From Lepidodermella squamata (taxonomy: Eukaryota; Animalia; Gastrotricha): a stretch of 64,000 nt of DNA. Shown piece after piece: positions 1 through 11,443 of the stretch. The DNA lies in NCBI GenBank assembly GCA_047495785.1, contig JBLDXI010000015.1:2666001-2730000 (forward strand). The letters are read 5' to 3'. How positions within the stretch are numbered: position 1 is the first letter of the stretch; every line of letters begins with the position of its first letter. A program made the position numbers and the translations under genes. The notes beneath the pieces are model-generated. The model saw nothing but the letters and a program-made list of their open reading frames with translations. It was not told the origin of the DNA and did not search any database.

Positions 1-37
1 CGCCCAGTAGGGCAAAGGTGAGAACAACCTTCAGCAT
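1..37 (-). CDS. 5' end (signal peptide) of a third CCP/sushi-repeat paralog running off the left edge
   Basis: Minus strand reads MLKVVLTFALLG, nearly identical to the N-termini starting at 15733 and 19172; upstream DNA is also homologous. Confidence 0.85.
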   Translation of the reverse strand, partial: MLKVVLTFALLG

Positions 38-320
38 TTTTTGGAAAAGAACGAAAACTGACTGGATTCCGTTATATACAGCCAGAATCTGCGCGAAAGC
101 GGACGTTATTGCTCAAAACCCTAAAAATAATGTCTAAAATGAATTACTCTATATAGTCAACAGCTACTTCTCTCCGCTTAAAACCACGGCGGCAGAACGC
201 CAATGCACCATCGTGCCCGCTGCGGTTAAAACGTGGCGAGCTTTTTTTACCATATGAGCAGCGCTTTTTCGATCCCGTTTATTCGTTTGTTAAAATGTGG
301 AAGGTCGTACATCCGCAATT
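38..320 (-). promoter_or_regulatory. Conserved upstream block of the sushi genes with TATA-like box
   Basis: ~280 bp alignable with ~15734-16035 and ~19173-19490; minus-strand TATATAA at ~72-78, ~15782-15788 and ~19222-19228. Confidence 0.6.
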
Positions 321-1471
321 ACTGTATATCTACTAATTTTCGGTTTTAGAGATTTCGGACCTATACTATACATTTAATTTCTGTGGATTTGAATTCGGTT
401 TGAGGGAAGTTCCTGAGAAAAAAATCGAGATTAATCAGTTGCAGCAGGCTGTGATCTTGGATCCTGGAGCTGCCAGGGAGGGAAATTTTGTTTGCTGTAT
501 TTGCCAGCTGTATTTGCTGTATCCAACCAAAAACCGAGCGAAGCGAGAAAATTTTGAATTTTGAAGAATTAAAACTAAAACACGCCCCAAAACCTTTCAA
601 AATTAAGGGGGGATGATTCGCCCATCCCCTGAAAGCCGCACACTGACTTTCAGTGTTTCAGTTTCGCGTTCTATAACGCTATGAGTAGGTACCGTGGCGT
701 GGGGTAACTTGGCCGGAAATACGGTTTTTGGATCCTATTACGTCTCCGGTAACTTGTTTCGCTCTAAATTTTATACCAAAAAATCTCCGTTCAATTCTCA
801 ATTGATTGGTAGAATCGACGACCGATAAAATCAATCGATTCTGTGGAGGTTGAATAACATTTCATCACATTCCATGTATGCAAGGTGGGTACATAGCACA
901 TGGAGACAGGGCACAATCACAACCAGTGGCAGGCGATTGGTCAATGTGGCAAAGCCCACCAGCCGGAGCAGTGATCCGGCATGTACACTGGGATTAGGCA
1001 ATTGAGAGTGTCCGGCCAGGGTCCCTCACAGTGTTGTCGGCAGTGCCATGTCCGGAAAACAGCAAACAGTCAAGTGGTACCACCACGTCAAGGTTCCAGT
1101 GTATTATATTTGAATTCAGGAAAGCAAAATCGAAACGACCTTTATTATACAGGAGACAGGAGCCAATGGATTTTGTTGATAACAGTTTATGAAGTCAAAC
1201 GCAGATAGGCCATTAGGTAGAAAATGTTATCAAACCTGTAACCAGTTCTGAAAAAATTTCTGGACCAAATTTGGTACCTAAAAATCCGCCGTTTTCAAGG
1301 TTTGAATGACTCGACGCGCGGCTTGGCACCTGCAATCGATGCATAAATGCAATTGTAGCTTTTCAGCTTTTCCCCCCAGGACACTGAGTTAATCCCCTAC
1401 CATCGGGTGCCCATAGCGTTCCACCCTCTTAGCTGCGAGTGAGCACTCTCGTCTCATTTACGTCGCATCTA

Positions 1472-2158
1472 AGTTGCGTTTTTTATGGTGTCCGGAAAGC
1501 TATTGTTCGACGTTGTGATCAATTCTTCGAACACAGAAACACACAGAAACAACAATCCGCAACACAGAAATAACAATCAAGTAATTAGCCTCGAGCTGTC
1601 CGAGCTCGAGAGGCGGGCAGAGGTGCGTTTTTTATGGTGTCCGCGGGCTAATTGTGGCAATTAAGACCAGATGACACACATAACTTAGCTTATGCTTTTC
1701 AAAGCAATCGTTCAACTTTAAATTCAGAAATATTGAACTATGGATTTTTTGGCAAGTTTGGATTCAAAATAATCGTCAATTGACAGTTAAAATTGAGAAT
1801 TTTCGGTAATTTTCGAAAAATTTCAAAAAATCAATATTTCTCTCGATTTTCGCGAATCTTGCCAACAAAATGAAAAAGGCTTCGCCACGACGTTTGGCTA
1901 AAAATTGGCCGTATGGCACGTCGTGAGAAGTTAACGAGGGTCAGATGGCGCTTTGTAGTAAATTAATTACAACCATGTCTCGATTTGTCAAGGTCTAATC
2001 TAATCAAGTCGGAGGGTGATTAGTCTTAACTGTTTGCCTCTCGAGCTCGGACAGCTCCAGTCTAATTACTTAATTGTTATTTCTGTGTTGCGGAGGTGCC
2101 CGAAAAATTGATCACAGCGTCGAACAATTGCTTTCCGGACACCATAAAAAACGCAACT
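1472..2158. mobile_element. MITE with ~130 bp terminal inverted repeats
   Basis: AGTTGCGTTTTTTATGGTGTCCGGAAAGC (1472-~1615) is the imperfect reverse complement of ~2036-2158. Confidence 0.7.
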
Positions 2159-2228
2159 ACGAGCTACGTCGTAATTATCGATGTTAATTACTTCGGCTGT
2201 TGCGTCATCATTTTTACTTTAACTCAAA

Positions 2229-2955
2229 AGGTGGGTTCACAGACTCGGCGACAGGGCGACACGACAGGGTGGCGACGCGACATTTTAAATGTCGCGCGCG
2301 ATTATCGCAAGGGTGTTCACAGACTCGACGGTGTCGCGTGAGTCGCGCGTGTCGCATCAGCGTAGCTGGCGACTTATCGCGAGGGTGTTCACAGACTGGG
2401 CGATCTGTCGCGCGCTCTAACAATAGCGTTGCGTAACAGCTGGCGACGTCGAAAACAATGGATGTTGTCGCTTGTCGCAGCAACTGGCTCGAAAATAGGG
2501 GATTTTCGACCTCGCGACGCGACAAGGCGACAAGGCGACAAGGTGTGCGACCAAAGTATCCGGTTAATTATATTTGCTTTAATCCTAATCCTCACTCAAA
2601 GTCCCGATAAACAACCGCACTGTTTTAAATTTATCTCGGTTACCTCGAGATTTTGCTGTTGACTTAGGCGCTACATTAGCTTATTGGTTTGTTAGCGTGG
2701 GCGAAGTTCCGTAGCAGAATGAAAAAAGCATTTTATTATAATAAAGAAATGAAGTACTACGACGAGGAGCAATAAAATAAGGCTGCTCCCATTACCATTT
2801 CTTATTATTTCGCACAATGGGTTTGTCGCGCGACAGCGTGTCTCAACCATGACTATCTATGTGTGTCGCTCGGCTGTTTCAGCGCGACAAGTGCGCGACA
2901 GTCGCGATGTCGCGCGCGACAGTGTCGCCGTGTCGCCGAGTCTGTGAACCCACCT
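2229..2955. mobile_element. PIF/Harbinger-like MITE
   Basis: TIR AGGTGGGTTCACAGACTCGGCGACA at both ends, 3 bp AAA on both flanks, internal GCGACA-rich repeats. Confidence 0.75.
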
Positions 2956-3487
2956 AAACGAGCGCTGTTTTTATTTTGGTGAGAAATTTTTGCGGGCGCT
3001 GCTAACAACTCACTGCAGGGCGGTTTAAAACTCAAATTTTGCGGTATAATCGCAATTTAGCGATCACATCGTCGGCTGGCACGTAATCTAAACAATTCTC
3101 CTGCTGGTGAATCGAAATGATCGATTTCGTGATTATAAAAATTCTTAAATGTTGCCAAAATCCTTCTAAATTGAATTCTGCAAGGAATCGCGTCACTGCG
3201 GCAGTTTCAAGCCACCCTATATTCTATATTGCAGAACGGAAAATACTTCAGCCTTCAGCAAATTCAAAAATCTGAAAATGTCGATAGACTCGAGGTATTT
3301 TTCATGATTCTCGAGCGATTCCGAGTATTAGAGTGTTGTAGTCCTAATAGCCCTAATCATTGGCCTAATTTTAATGTGAGACAATTCTTCCTAAAATATG
3401 ACACTAACTAGGTAAATATGACAATTACCTAAATTACCTAAATCCGCAATTTAGACTTAGATATCAAAATTTTGATTTTGAATTTTA

Positions 3488-3854
3488 CCGGCGTAAGATT
3501 TTCCCGAATTTTATTTTTTCAAACATTTTCTCACTCCTTTTCCTCGGGGAAAATTATCAAAATATTTGAATAATTATCCAAGTTAATTACGCAATTTCTG
3601 TTGCGCAATCATTTTCACGAAAGGCTGAGTGCGTTGTTTTATCAATTTTTAAAACAAATTCGAAAGATTTAGCTAAGGAGCGAGTATGGCTCTTGGAGAA
3701 AAACCTCAAAATTAGCTCGATTGAGGTCTATGGGTGCCTAGTACCTTGCTTTTAGGTTGCTGTGAAAATTATTCAAATATTTTGATAATTTTCTCCGAGG
3801 AAAAGGAGTGAGAAAATTTTTGAAAAAATAAAATTCGGGAAAATCTTACGCCGG
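3488..3854. mobile_element. Tc1/mariner-pogo type MITE
   Basis: ~85 bp TIRs CCGGCGTAAGATTTTCCCG, TA on both flanks. Confidence 0.85.
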
Positions 3855-3905
3855 TACCAAATTTCATTTAATTCAATACCTAACCATTTTATTCGATTTT
3901 CAACT

Positions 3906-3972
3906 GGTTAGGGTTAGGTTAGGGTTAGGTAAGGGTTAGGTTAGGGTTTGGTATAAGGGTTAGGTTAGGGTT
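3906..3972 (+). repeat. Interstitial telomere-like repeat alternating TTAGGG/TTAGG
   Basis: ggttagggttaggttagggttaggtaagggttaggttaggg..., an 11 bp compound unit. Confidence 0.8.
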
Positions 3973-6351
3973 GAAGACTGAGTCTTCGAATTGGGGATTC
4001 GGAACTGTTTGGAAAAATTTAGTGCGAAATTCAATGATGTTTGGTACTGAATTCAATAATTTAGTAATGATTTCACTATATCCCTAAAATTCAAAATCGA
4101 AATTTGATAAGTCTAAATTGCGGATGAAAAGTTAGTTAATGTCATATTTTAGGAAAAGAATTGTCTCACATTCTCGAAAACCTCGAAAAGCCTAAAATCA
4201 CCCCTTTTGGATCTCTTCACATGGGCGGTTTTAAAGGCCGGCCGACACAATAGCTAATCCACAATAGCGAATCCACAATAGCATGCGACTAAATAGCGAG
4301 AATATAGTGATGCCCATAATAGCGAGCGACTATTTAGAAATCCCGGAATAGCGCGCGACACATTAGCGAAATTATCAGTATCACCATAATAGCGAGTGAG
4401 GAAATAGAGAAATTATCCTTATTTAAAAAGTGAACATCAGGTTTTGATCATTATCAACTTGCGTTCATTTTTACAATTTAAGAACGGACGCCTCAAAATT
4501 AAACAGGTAGCACTGGTTTATAGAAATTGCGCCTCTCTATCGCTGAACGATAAAATGTTATCATCGGTTGAGTACCATCATTTTATCAGATGGAAATAGG
4601 TCAGGTTGACCGGCCGGTAAATTGACCGGTCGCTGGTCGGGTATGGGTCGGCTAAATTCCGGTCGGTTGACCAATAAGCTGAACTATTCCCTATTCCAAT
4701 AGCGCGGAGTGCCTATACTTGTGATGCTTTTAGCTGGTAACAATCTAGCCATGTTTATCAACTATGAGATGTTAAGAAGCATGATCATGCTTGGATCTCT
4801 GAGCGATTACCTGCTCTCTACCCATTACTCGAAGCTTAGAAGACTTCTTGGAGAATAAGCGCATGTAAAAGCACTGCGCACCGCTCAATAACCGCAATAA
4901 TGCATTAAATCGCTGATGGTACCAAAAACGTGCGTCCAAGCTCGAATGAACGCGCGAGAGTGAGACATGCGGCGGGCTCCCGCAGCGTGCGCGATACAAA
5001 TCTTGTTAATAGGCGATTACACACCGGATTACACTTCTCTGAGCTAGAGGAGGCGCGTAAGAAGCGGAAAAACCATGTAGCGCACCGCACTCGCTGTGCT
5101 GAGTACTTGAGGATTACCCACAGTCGAGGGCTTTCGCACCTGTTTATAGCCACTTGCTTATTGGTTTATGATAGCTGAAACCTTAATAATTCCAGAGATT
5201 ATGACATTTACTGCGGCAGTTTCAGACCACCATGTACAGTGTGGTCTGATACTAGTGCAGGGGGCGAAGTTCTGATGAATTTCAAGAGTTGCTTTTCCAT
5301 AGAAAAGATCGATGTCGCAATTCATGAAACTCTTCAATATTTCCAAGCTCCTCATTAAAAAGATGAATGAACTTCGCACTCTGCACTACTACATACCAGA
5401 CCACACTGTAGAGAATGATGCACTTGGCCACGGTTTTACAATTTACTGTGGCAGTAACGAATAAAACAATCGGAAAAAAGCCAATTGACTGTCCGGGTCA
5501 AGAATAGGGGTATAATTGAAAAATTTGACCTAAACCTAAACCATGAAAAAATTCACCCTAATTAGGGTTTATACCAGGCTTCCACGTCTCCTATTTTCAA
5601 TATATAATCTGATGTTAACGATATTTCGCACTTCCATTGAGGCCGCCGGTAAAGGAGTGCGCACATACTCGTCATGTAATTTTTTTTGCTAATAAGCAAT
5701 AAGTTTTTTTTGCGGGTCGTATGTGTTTGCAGAAAGAAATCGCATACACCCGCCAGCTCACAAACTGATTTCTTTTTTCCTCGTATGTAATTTCTGATCA
5801 AAGAGGCCACTGAAAAAAATGGCCAACTTTGACGGGGCTCGAACCCTGTCCGCCTGTTGAACAGGCCAACATAATAGCAACTGCACCATGTTGCCATCAC
5901 ATTTTTTTATTACTCTAAACTGGCCGATAATTGGCTGCTAAAGCCATTCGTGCTTTCTGGGTCAAACGCGGGCATGAGTCATGATATTTGACCTAATTGC
6001 TGGCAAGCATCAGGGCATTTTTTGCCTTAAAACCTAATTTATAGGTCACACATTAAGCTTGACGGCTTAGCCAAGTCGATATAATTATCGATGTTTGTGA
6101 GAGCGTCAAGGGTTCGTCTCAACGTGCCGCCATCGCTTTTTTCGACGACTTGACGGAGCAAAAAGAAATTACATAAGAGGAAAAAAGAAATCAAGGTCTC
6201 CGCACAAACTCCGTATCTTTTTTTTTGCTTACGCATACGACCAATCACTTACGCAAACGGCGAAAAACATACGACCACATACGCACCCTATTCACAAACT
6301 CTGCATGCGTATGCGTTATGTCTTTGCTGAACGGCGTTGTCACCTAAAAAA

Positions 6352-6428
6352 CGCTTGCTTTGACCGGGGATCGAACCCGGGTGACTTGTTTGTGAGATCG
6401 GCATAACACCGATTACACTAACAAGACG
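6352..6428 (-). ncRNA. tRNA-like Pol III cassette (degenerate tRNA or SINE head)
   Basis: A box TAGTGTAATCGG, T-arm CCGGGTTCGATCCCCGG, followed by a T run; acceptor and anticodon stems imperfect. Confidence 0.5.
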
Positions 6429-6734
6429 CATGATTTCGAGTTGTAGTAATCAGTACTTGACGGATCACGCATCGTGATACAATTATTAATTAATATAATT
6501 GGTAATTATTTATAGAGCACTTAAAATTTCTTATTTATTTATCCCAAATGACCCCAAAAGGTACAGGGAATTAAAAAAAATTCTTCTGAATTTTTATGAT
6601 TTTTTCCTGAATTTCCATCGAGTTTTTGATAATTATTCAATTAGTCATAATAATTAATATTTTCAACTTCAATGTTCGCAGAGTTGTGATGGTGGCACGA
6701 TTAAAACCGGAGAAATTATCTCACTGTTTGCGTA

Positions 6735-6816
6735 AGTCGTTGTGGCGAGGTTGGTTATTGACTGGCCTCGACGATGGGAGGCTCGGGTTCGAACCCCGCT
6801 CACCACACGACTTTTT
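6735..6816 (+). ncRNA. tRNA-like Pol III cassette (degenerate)
   Basis: TGGCGAGGTTGG A box, GGTTCGAACCC B box, TTTTT terminator. Confidence 0.45.
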
Positions 6817-7261
6817 TAAGCGATCAGGCCTCGTTGCAAAAATACATAACGCTTACGCATTCAGAAGGTTCTCGCACAAACTCGTTTCTATTTTTTTTTC
6901 TTACGCATACGAGGAAAAACATACGCACACAGCGAATCGCATACACCCGCCAGCTCACAAACTGATTTCTTTTTTCCTCGTATGTAATTTCTTTTTGCTC
7001 CGTCAAGTCGTCGAAAAAAGCGATGGCGGCACGTTGAGACGAACCCTTGACGCTCTCACAAACATCGATAATTATATCGACTTGGCTAAGCCGTCAAGCT
7101 TAACGTGTGACCTATAAATTAGGTTTTAAGGCAAAAAATGCCCTGATGCTTGCCAGAAGTTAGGTCAAATATCATGACTCATGCCCGCGTTTGACCCAGA
7201 TAACACGAATGGCGTTCGCAGCCAATTATCGGTCTCTTTAGAGTAATAAAAAAAATGTGAT

Positions 7262-7344
7262 GGCAACATGGTGCAGTTGCTATTATACAGGCCTGTTCAA
7301 CAGGCGGACAGGGTTCGAGCCCCGTCAAAGTTGGCCATTTTTTT
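7262..7344 (+). ncRNA. tRNA-like Pol III cassette (inverted copy at ~5813-5895)
   Basis: TGGTGCAGTTG A-box-like, GGTTCGAGCCC B box, T7 run; acceptor stem does not pair. Confidence 0.45.
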
Positions 7345-8472
7345 CAGTGGCTTCTTTGATCAAAAATTACATACGAGGAAAAAAGAAATCAGTTTGTGAG
7401 CTGGCGGGTGTATGCGATTTCTTTCTGCAAACACATACGACCCGTAAAAAAAACTTATTGCTTATTAGCAAAAAAAATTACATGACGAGTATGTGCGCAC
7501 TCCTAGAGTTTGTGAATTGGTCGTATGTGATATGTTTTTCTTAAAACATGCGAGCGAGGCAAAAAACTTAACGCAAAACTTGTCTACTTATTTCATGCAG
7601 AGTTTGTGCGGAGACCTTCAGTTTGTGAGCTGGCGGGTGTATGCGATTCGCTGTGTGCATATGTTTTTCCTCGTATGCGTAAGAAAAAAAAATAGAAACG
7701 AGTTTGTGCGAGAACCTTAATATTCGCCATATTGTCGCTTTCTATTGTGTCGCAGCCAGATATTTCGCTATTATGTCGCGTGCTATTCTGGGCAAGATAA
7801 ATTTTCGCTATTAAGTCGCTTTCTATTTTGTGCCTCGCTATTTTGGGGCTCCTCGCTATTATGTCGCATTCTATTGTGTCGCCCGGCCGTTTTAAATAGA
7901 ATTTTCATACCAAAAAGAAAGTTGGCGATCAGCTGGTAACAATTAAGGTGAGAGCAGTAAATTTTAAAGAGCCAGTTCCAGGTAAATTACCTGCAAAGTA
8001 TCGATTTTGGAGGTTTTGAAAACTCCTCAGTACGATTTGTAAAGCTCAACTTGAAATACTTTTTAATTGATTTTCAAATGGCACTCCGACGGAAACTGTC
8101 TCATCTAGATAATTCTATAATTTTTTCCCCCAATTCTAGACCCGCTCATCTATTCTTGGTGAAGTTTCGAAGCAATACCTTGAAAACATCGATTTTTCCT
8201 GATTTTCCAGAGAGCTTATTCTTGAAAAATTGTGTCCAAAATAACTGCTATATCACGGTATCTGCTGGTATCTAAAAATTGATAAGGATTCACTACAAGT
8301 CTATAGGCTTTTTTATTGTTATATTTAATGATGATTATTAAAAAATTTTAAATATAGGATTATTATTAGGTTATTAAAGAGGGCCTTCAATCGAAATTTG
8401 CACGAAATATTGCAATTTATTAAAGAAATTAAACACCGAAATTCAAATTTCGAACTACAAACTTTCCATATA

Positions 8473-8958
8473 CCGTATTTTCCGTAATAGCTTCAGGGGG
8501 CATTGTAATTTCAAAGCTTCGAAAAAGGGGGTTGTAAACGGGACGTGTTACAATTGCGAGCATGCGACTTTATTGTTTCAAAGCAAGTTTTCAAGTGTTA
8601 AAGTTGAGTAAAAATTAGAATACGTTGATCATTTTTTAACTGAAGTCAACAACTTTTTATCAAAATCGAGAACTTGGTCGATAGCAAGTTTTCAGCCATA
8701 TTTATGCAAATTTTTGGAAATTGAAAATTTAAGATTTTTCAAGCGATGGATGCTAGGGAATCGATAGCTACTTTGGCAATTTTCGTTGCTTAAATTCCCT
8801 CACTCACTCAGCTATGTTTCGCCATTTTCTATCAAACATGCTCATCAAACGCCTCAGAGATGTATTTATATAAATTGTGGGCAATTATTTTGTATTTCGA
8901 TTTTCGAAGTTTGATTTAAAATTACGGAAGTATTTTGAAGCTATTACGGAATATACGG
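8473..8958. mobile_element. pogo/Tigger-like MITE
   Basis: TIR CCGTATTTTCCGTAATAGCTTC, TA TSD. Confidence 0.85.
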
Positions 8959-9889
8959 TACATGTCCACGTAAGGAACAACACTGATCACTTGCTTTGTT
9001 GCTCCAATATTTTTGTGCTTCTTGACTTGTGCATTTTCACGGATGCCGTTTCTTATCGGACATAGGTGATGCAGCAAAGAGCCTTGGTCATCTTTACTCG
9101 TATTGCCCGGTTTTATGTAAACCTATCCCTACCAGGATCACCAAAGCCGTGGTTTAAACCGGGTTTAGCGGAAAAAACCTTCGAAAAAACACAAATTTGC
9201 TCTCATTCGATCATAGGTCAATCATAGGCCCCACAGTATGAAAACTTTACTCAACTATCGGCAATAAGTTTTCCAAACTTTAAGCCGAAATCGTTAAATT
9301 TGTATTCTGAATTTGAGGAAAAAAGGGAACTCTCTGAATTGGTCAAGACTCAAGACTATCCAGGAAAAACTCATTTTAACCACATGATGGAACTTGTTAT
9401 CAAAATTGCTTCCATTCCTAGAAACTTTATTTTCATTCATTTGCTAACATACGACAGGGGAATCAGCGAGAGCTTTTATGAAAATAAGTTGGCTCGTTAT
9501 AGCGGATTGGATCCTGCTCCTCCCTTCGGTCATAGTTTTTATTTCTGAGATTGATTTTTGCGATCTTTTATTTTGATTAATGAGTTTGCAGAACTCGGAC
9601 ACCCGCAAAATATAGGTATTTTGGACAGCCAAAACTGCATTCTACTCACTTCTTCTTATTTTGCAATAGTGAATTAAGCATAAAAAGTTGTATAAGATGC
9701 ATACCTAACATATGTCTACCCACCCCTTCATCTAAGCATCGTCCTTACCGGATAAGCATCGGATAATAAAATGGGGCAAATTTTCACTTGTCAACGGTCA
9801 TCTAATAATCGACTGAAATCGTCAGAATACCTCGGTACGTGGTACTTGGTATTAAAGCAAGCTGAAAACGGGGAGCAAGTAGGGGAGCA

Positions 9890-10215
9890 ACTGCCAATTT
9901 AACAAATTTCAACGAATTCCGCTCCACTGCACACGGGCCGGACGAGGTGTCGGCCCGAGCACGGCGGAGAACAATGGGAACCAGAGCTATTGTTAGGCGC
10001 TCGCGCGCGCCGGGCTCGGGCCGCCGGGTTTGGGCTGGGACTTAATGAAGTTATCGGGTAGTGCGTTGGTTGTAGAATGACCCGAGCCCGGCGTCCCGCG
10101 TGCGGCGCTGAACAATAGCGCTGATTCCCATTGTTCTGTGCCGGGCTCGGGCCAACACCTTAGCTGGCCCGTGTGCGGTGGAGCGTGGTTCTTTCGAATT
10201 TGTTAAATTTACAGT
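9890..10215. repeat. GC-rich imperfect palindrome (MITE-like)
   Basis: ~9890-10022 is the reverse complement of ~10080-10215. Confidence 0.7.
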
Positions 10216-10545
10216 AAACGTCGCATACGGGCATGCTCTAAAGCGGCCGGAGCGCGGAGCGGCAAATCAATGTTACCCGTCTGCGTACGGGCCGGCCAGA
10301 GCGCGTACGGGCCGAATTCGGACTCGGGCCCCAACACGCACACGGCATTTTATTGAAGGTGTGCGGATCAAGTCAACCAGAAAACTTCGACCAGAAAACA
10401 TTCGTCCGAATCCTGGCGGCGACATATTCCCGATGGCGAATAACTTCAGTCAGCGCGGTTGAATTCGCCAGTTTCGCCTCAAGAACTTCGACAAAATCTT
10501 GAAACTTGATAAAAGTTCATAAATTATAGCTCGAAAAAATTAATA

Positions 10546-10958
10546 CCGTATGTTACGAGTTATTAAGCAGGACCCAATTATAGGGCAGAACCGGTATAAA
10601 TTGCAGAGGGTAATGGTCATTTGAAATAATAAAGGGCAGAACCTTATTAATAGGCAGGGCCTTGTATGAAGTGGCTTACATGAGCGCCTGCTGCGTAAAT
10701 GGTTAAGGTTGGATAGGTTGCGATTTTTCGTCAGTAAGTGCACTAATCGTCCTTTATCCACCTTAATCTACTTGAGTACACACTTCACGCGTGTAGTCAC
10801 AGGTGGAAGGCAGTAGCTATAGGGGTTATTCGGCAGTTTTAATTGTTGATATAGGTGCTTTTCAGGTGACTGATTATGTTCGAAAAATTATAGGGCAGAG
10901 CCGAATTAAAGGGCAGACCCTAAATACAGGGCAGGGTCTTATAATTCGTAAAATACGG
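10546..10958. mobile_element. pogo/Tigger-like MITE in an intron of the APN pseudogene
   Basis: TIRs CCGTATGTTACGA / TCGTAAAATACGG, TA TSD, internal TAGGGCAG repeats. Confidence 0.8.
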
Positions 10959-11256
10959 TATTCGAGATTTACTTCGTCATACAGCAACGGGGTGTTGAAA
11001 TAACTGGCAACGTCTTAAACCCAGGTGACAAATTGTTCGGACCTCGCCGGCTGGGAGAACATATCGGAAAGCCGGTCGAAATGTTCCAGAACCAATTGCC
11101 ACACAAAATTACGACTCGAGGCGCTGTAGCACCCGAATGAGCCGAGATACAAGAAATCGTCCGAACTTATCGAATTATCCAAAATTTTCACAAATTCTCT
11201 GTGAAAAAATAAGAAAAAAATTGATAAGAAACATTTTTGATTGATTTTCTTGCCTA

Positions 11257-11443
11257 GTGGAACCAAAACCGGGTCTGGCCAAAGCCGGGGCAAATCCGTG
11301 TCATTTTTCGCACGAGACCCGTTCTGTAAGGTGAGACTATCTGAACCGGGACGCCCGGCTTTCGATCGCTATACGTAACGGGTATCGTGCGAAAAATGAC
11401 GCGGGTTTGCCCCGGCTTTGGCCAGACCCGGTTTTGGTTCCAC
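11257..11443. mobile_element. Short near-perfect hairpin MITE
   Basis: ~67 bp arms GTGGAACCAAAACCGGGTCTGGCCAAAGCCGGGGCAAA inverted at 11377-11443. Confidence 0.75.

Larger units (their letters stand above)
3373..4172. mobile_element. Older inverted-repeat element containing nested insertions
   Basis: 3373-3487 is an imperfect reverse complement of ~4085-4172. Confidence 0.55.
5652..7720. repeat. Nested long inverted repeat (arms ~5652-6193 / ~6962-7505; also ~6866-6965 / ~7619-7718)
   Basis: Near-identical reverse-complement arms; the ORF track shows mirrored peptides (5562-5900 vs 7257-7544). Confidence 0.9.
4236..7888. mobile_element. Non-autonomous MULE/foldback-like DNA transposon with subterminal AATAGCGA repeats
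   Basis: TIRs GGCCGGCCGACACAATAG / CTATTGTGTCGCCCGGCC; exact 8 bp TSD GTTTTAAA (4228-4235 and 7889-7896). Confidence 0.75.
9444..11258 (-). pseudogene. Duplicated 3' fragment of the aminopeptidase-N-like gene, broken by insertions
   Basis: 9444-9508, ~10388-10506 and ~10968-11220 match 20091-20600; VY has become V-stop (TAA at ~11015). Confidence 0.85.

Noticed and set aside
4245-4420. Spaced AATAGCGA repeats resembling a CRISPR array
   Set aside because: Short irregular subterminal repeats of a eukaryotic DNA transposon; no cas genes
6352-6428. Functional tRNA-Val(CAC)
   Set aside because: Anticodon and acceptor stems do not pair properly; listed only as tRNA-like
5562-7544. Duplicated ORFs MMATWCSCYY.. 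and ..RQVVEKSDGG..
   Set aside because: Artefacts of the inverted repeat; no coding signature
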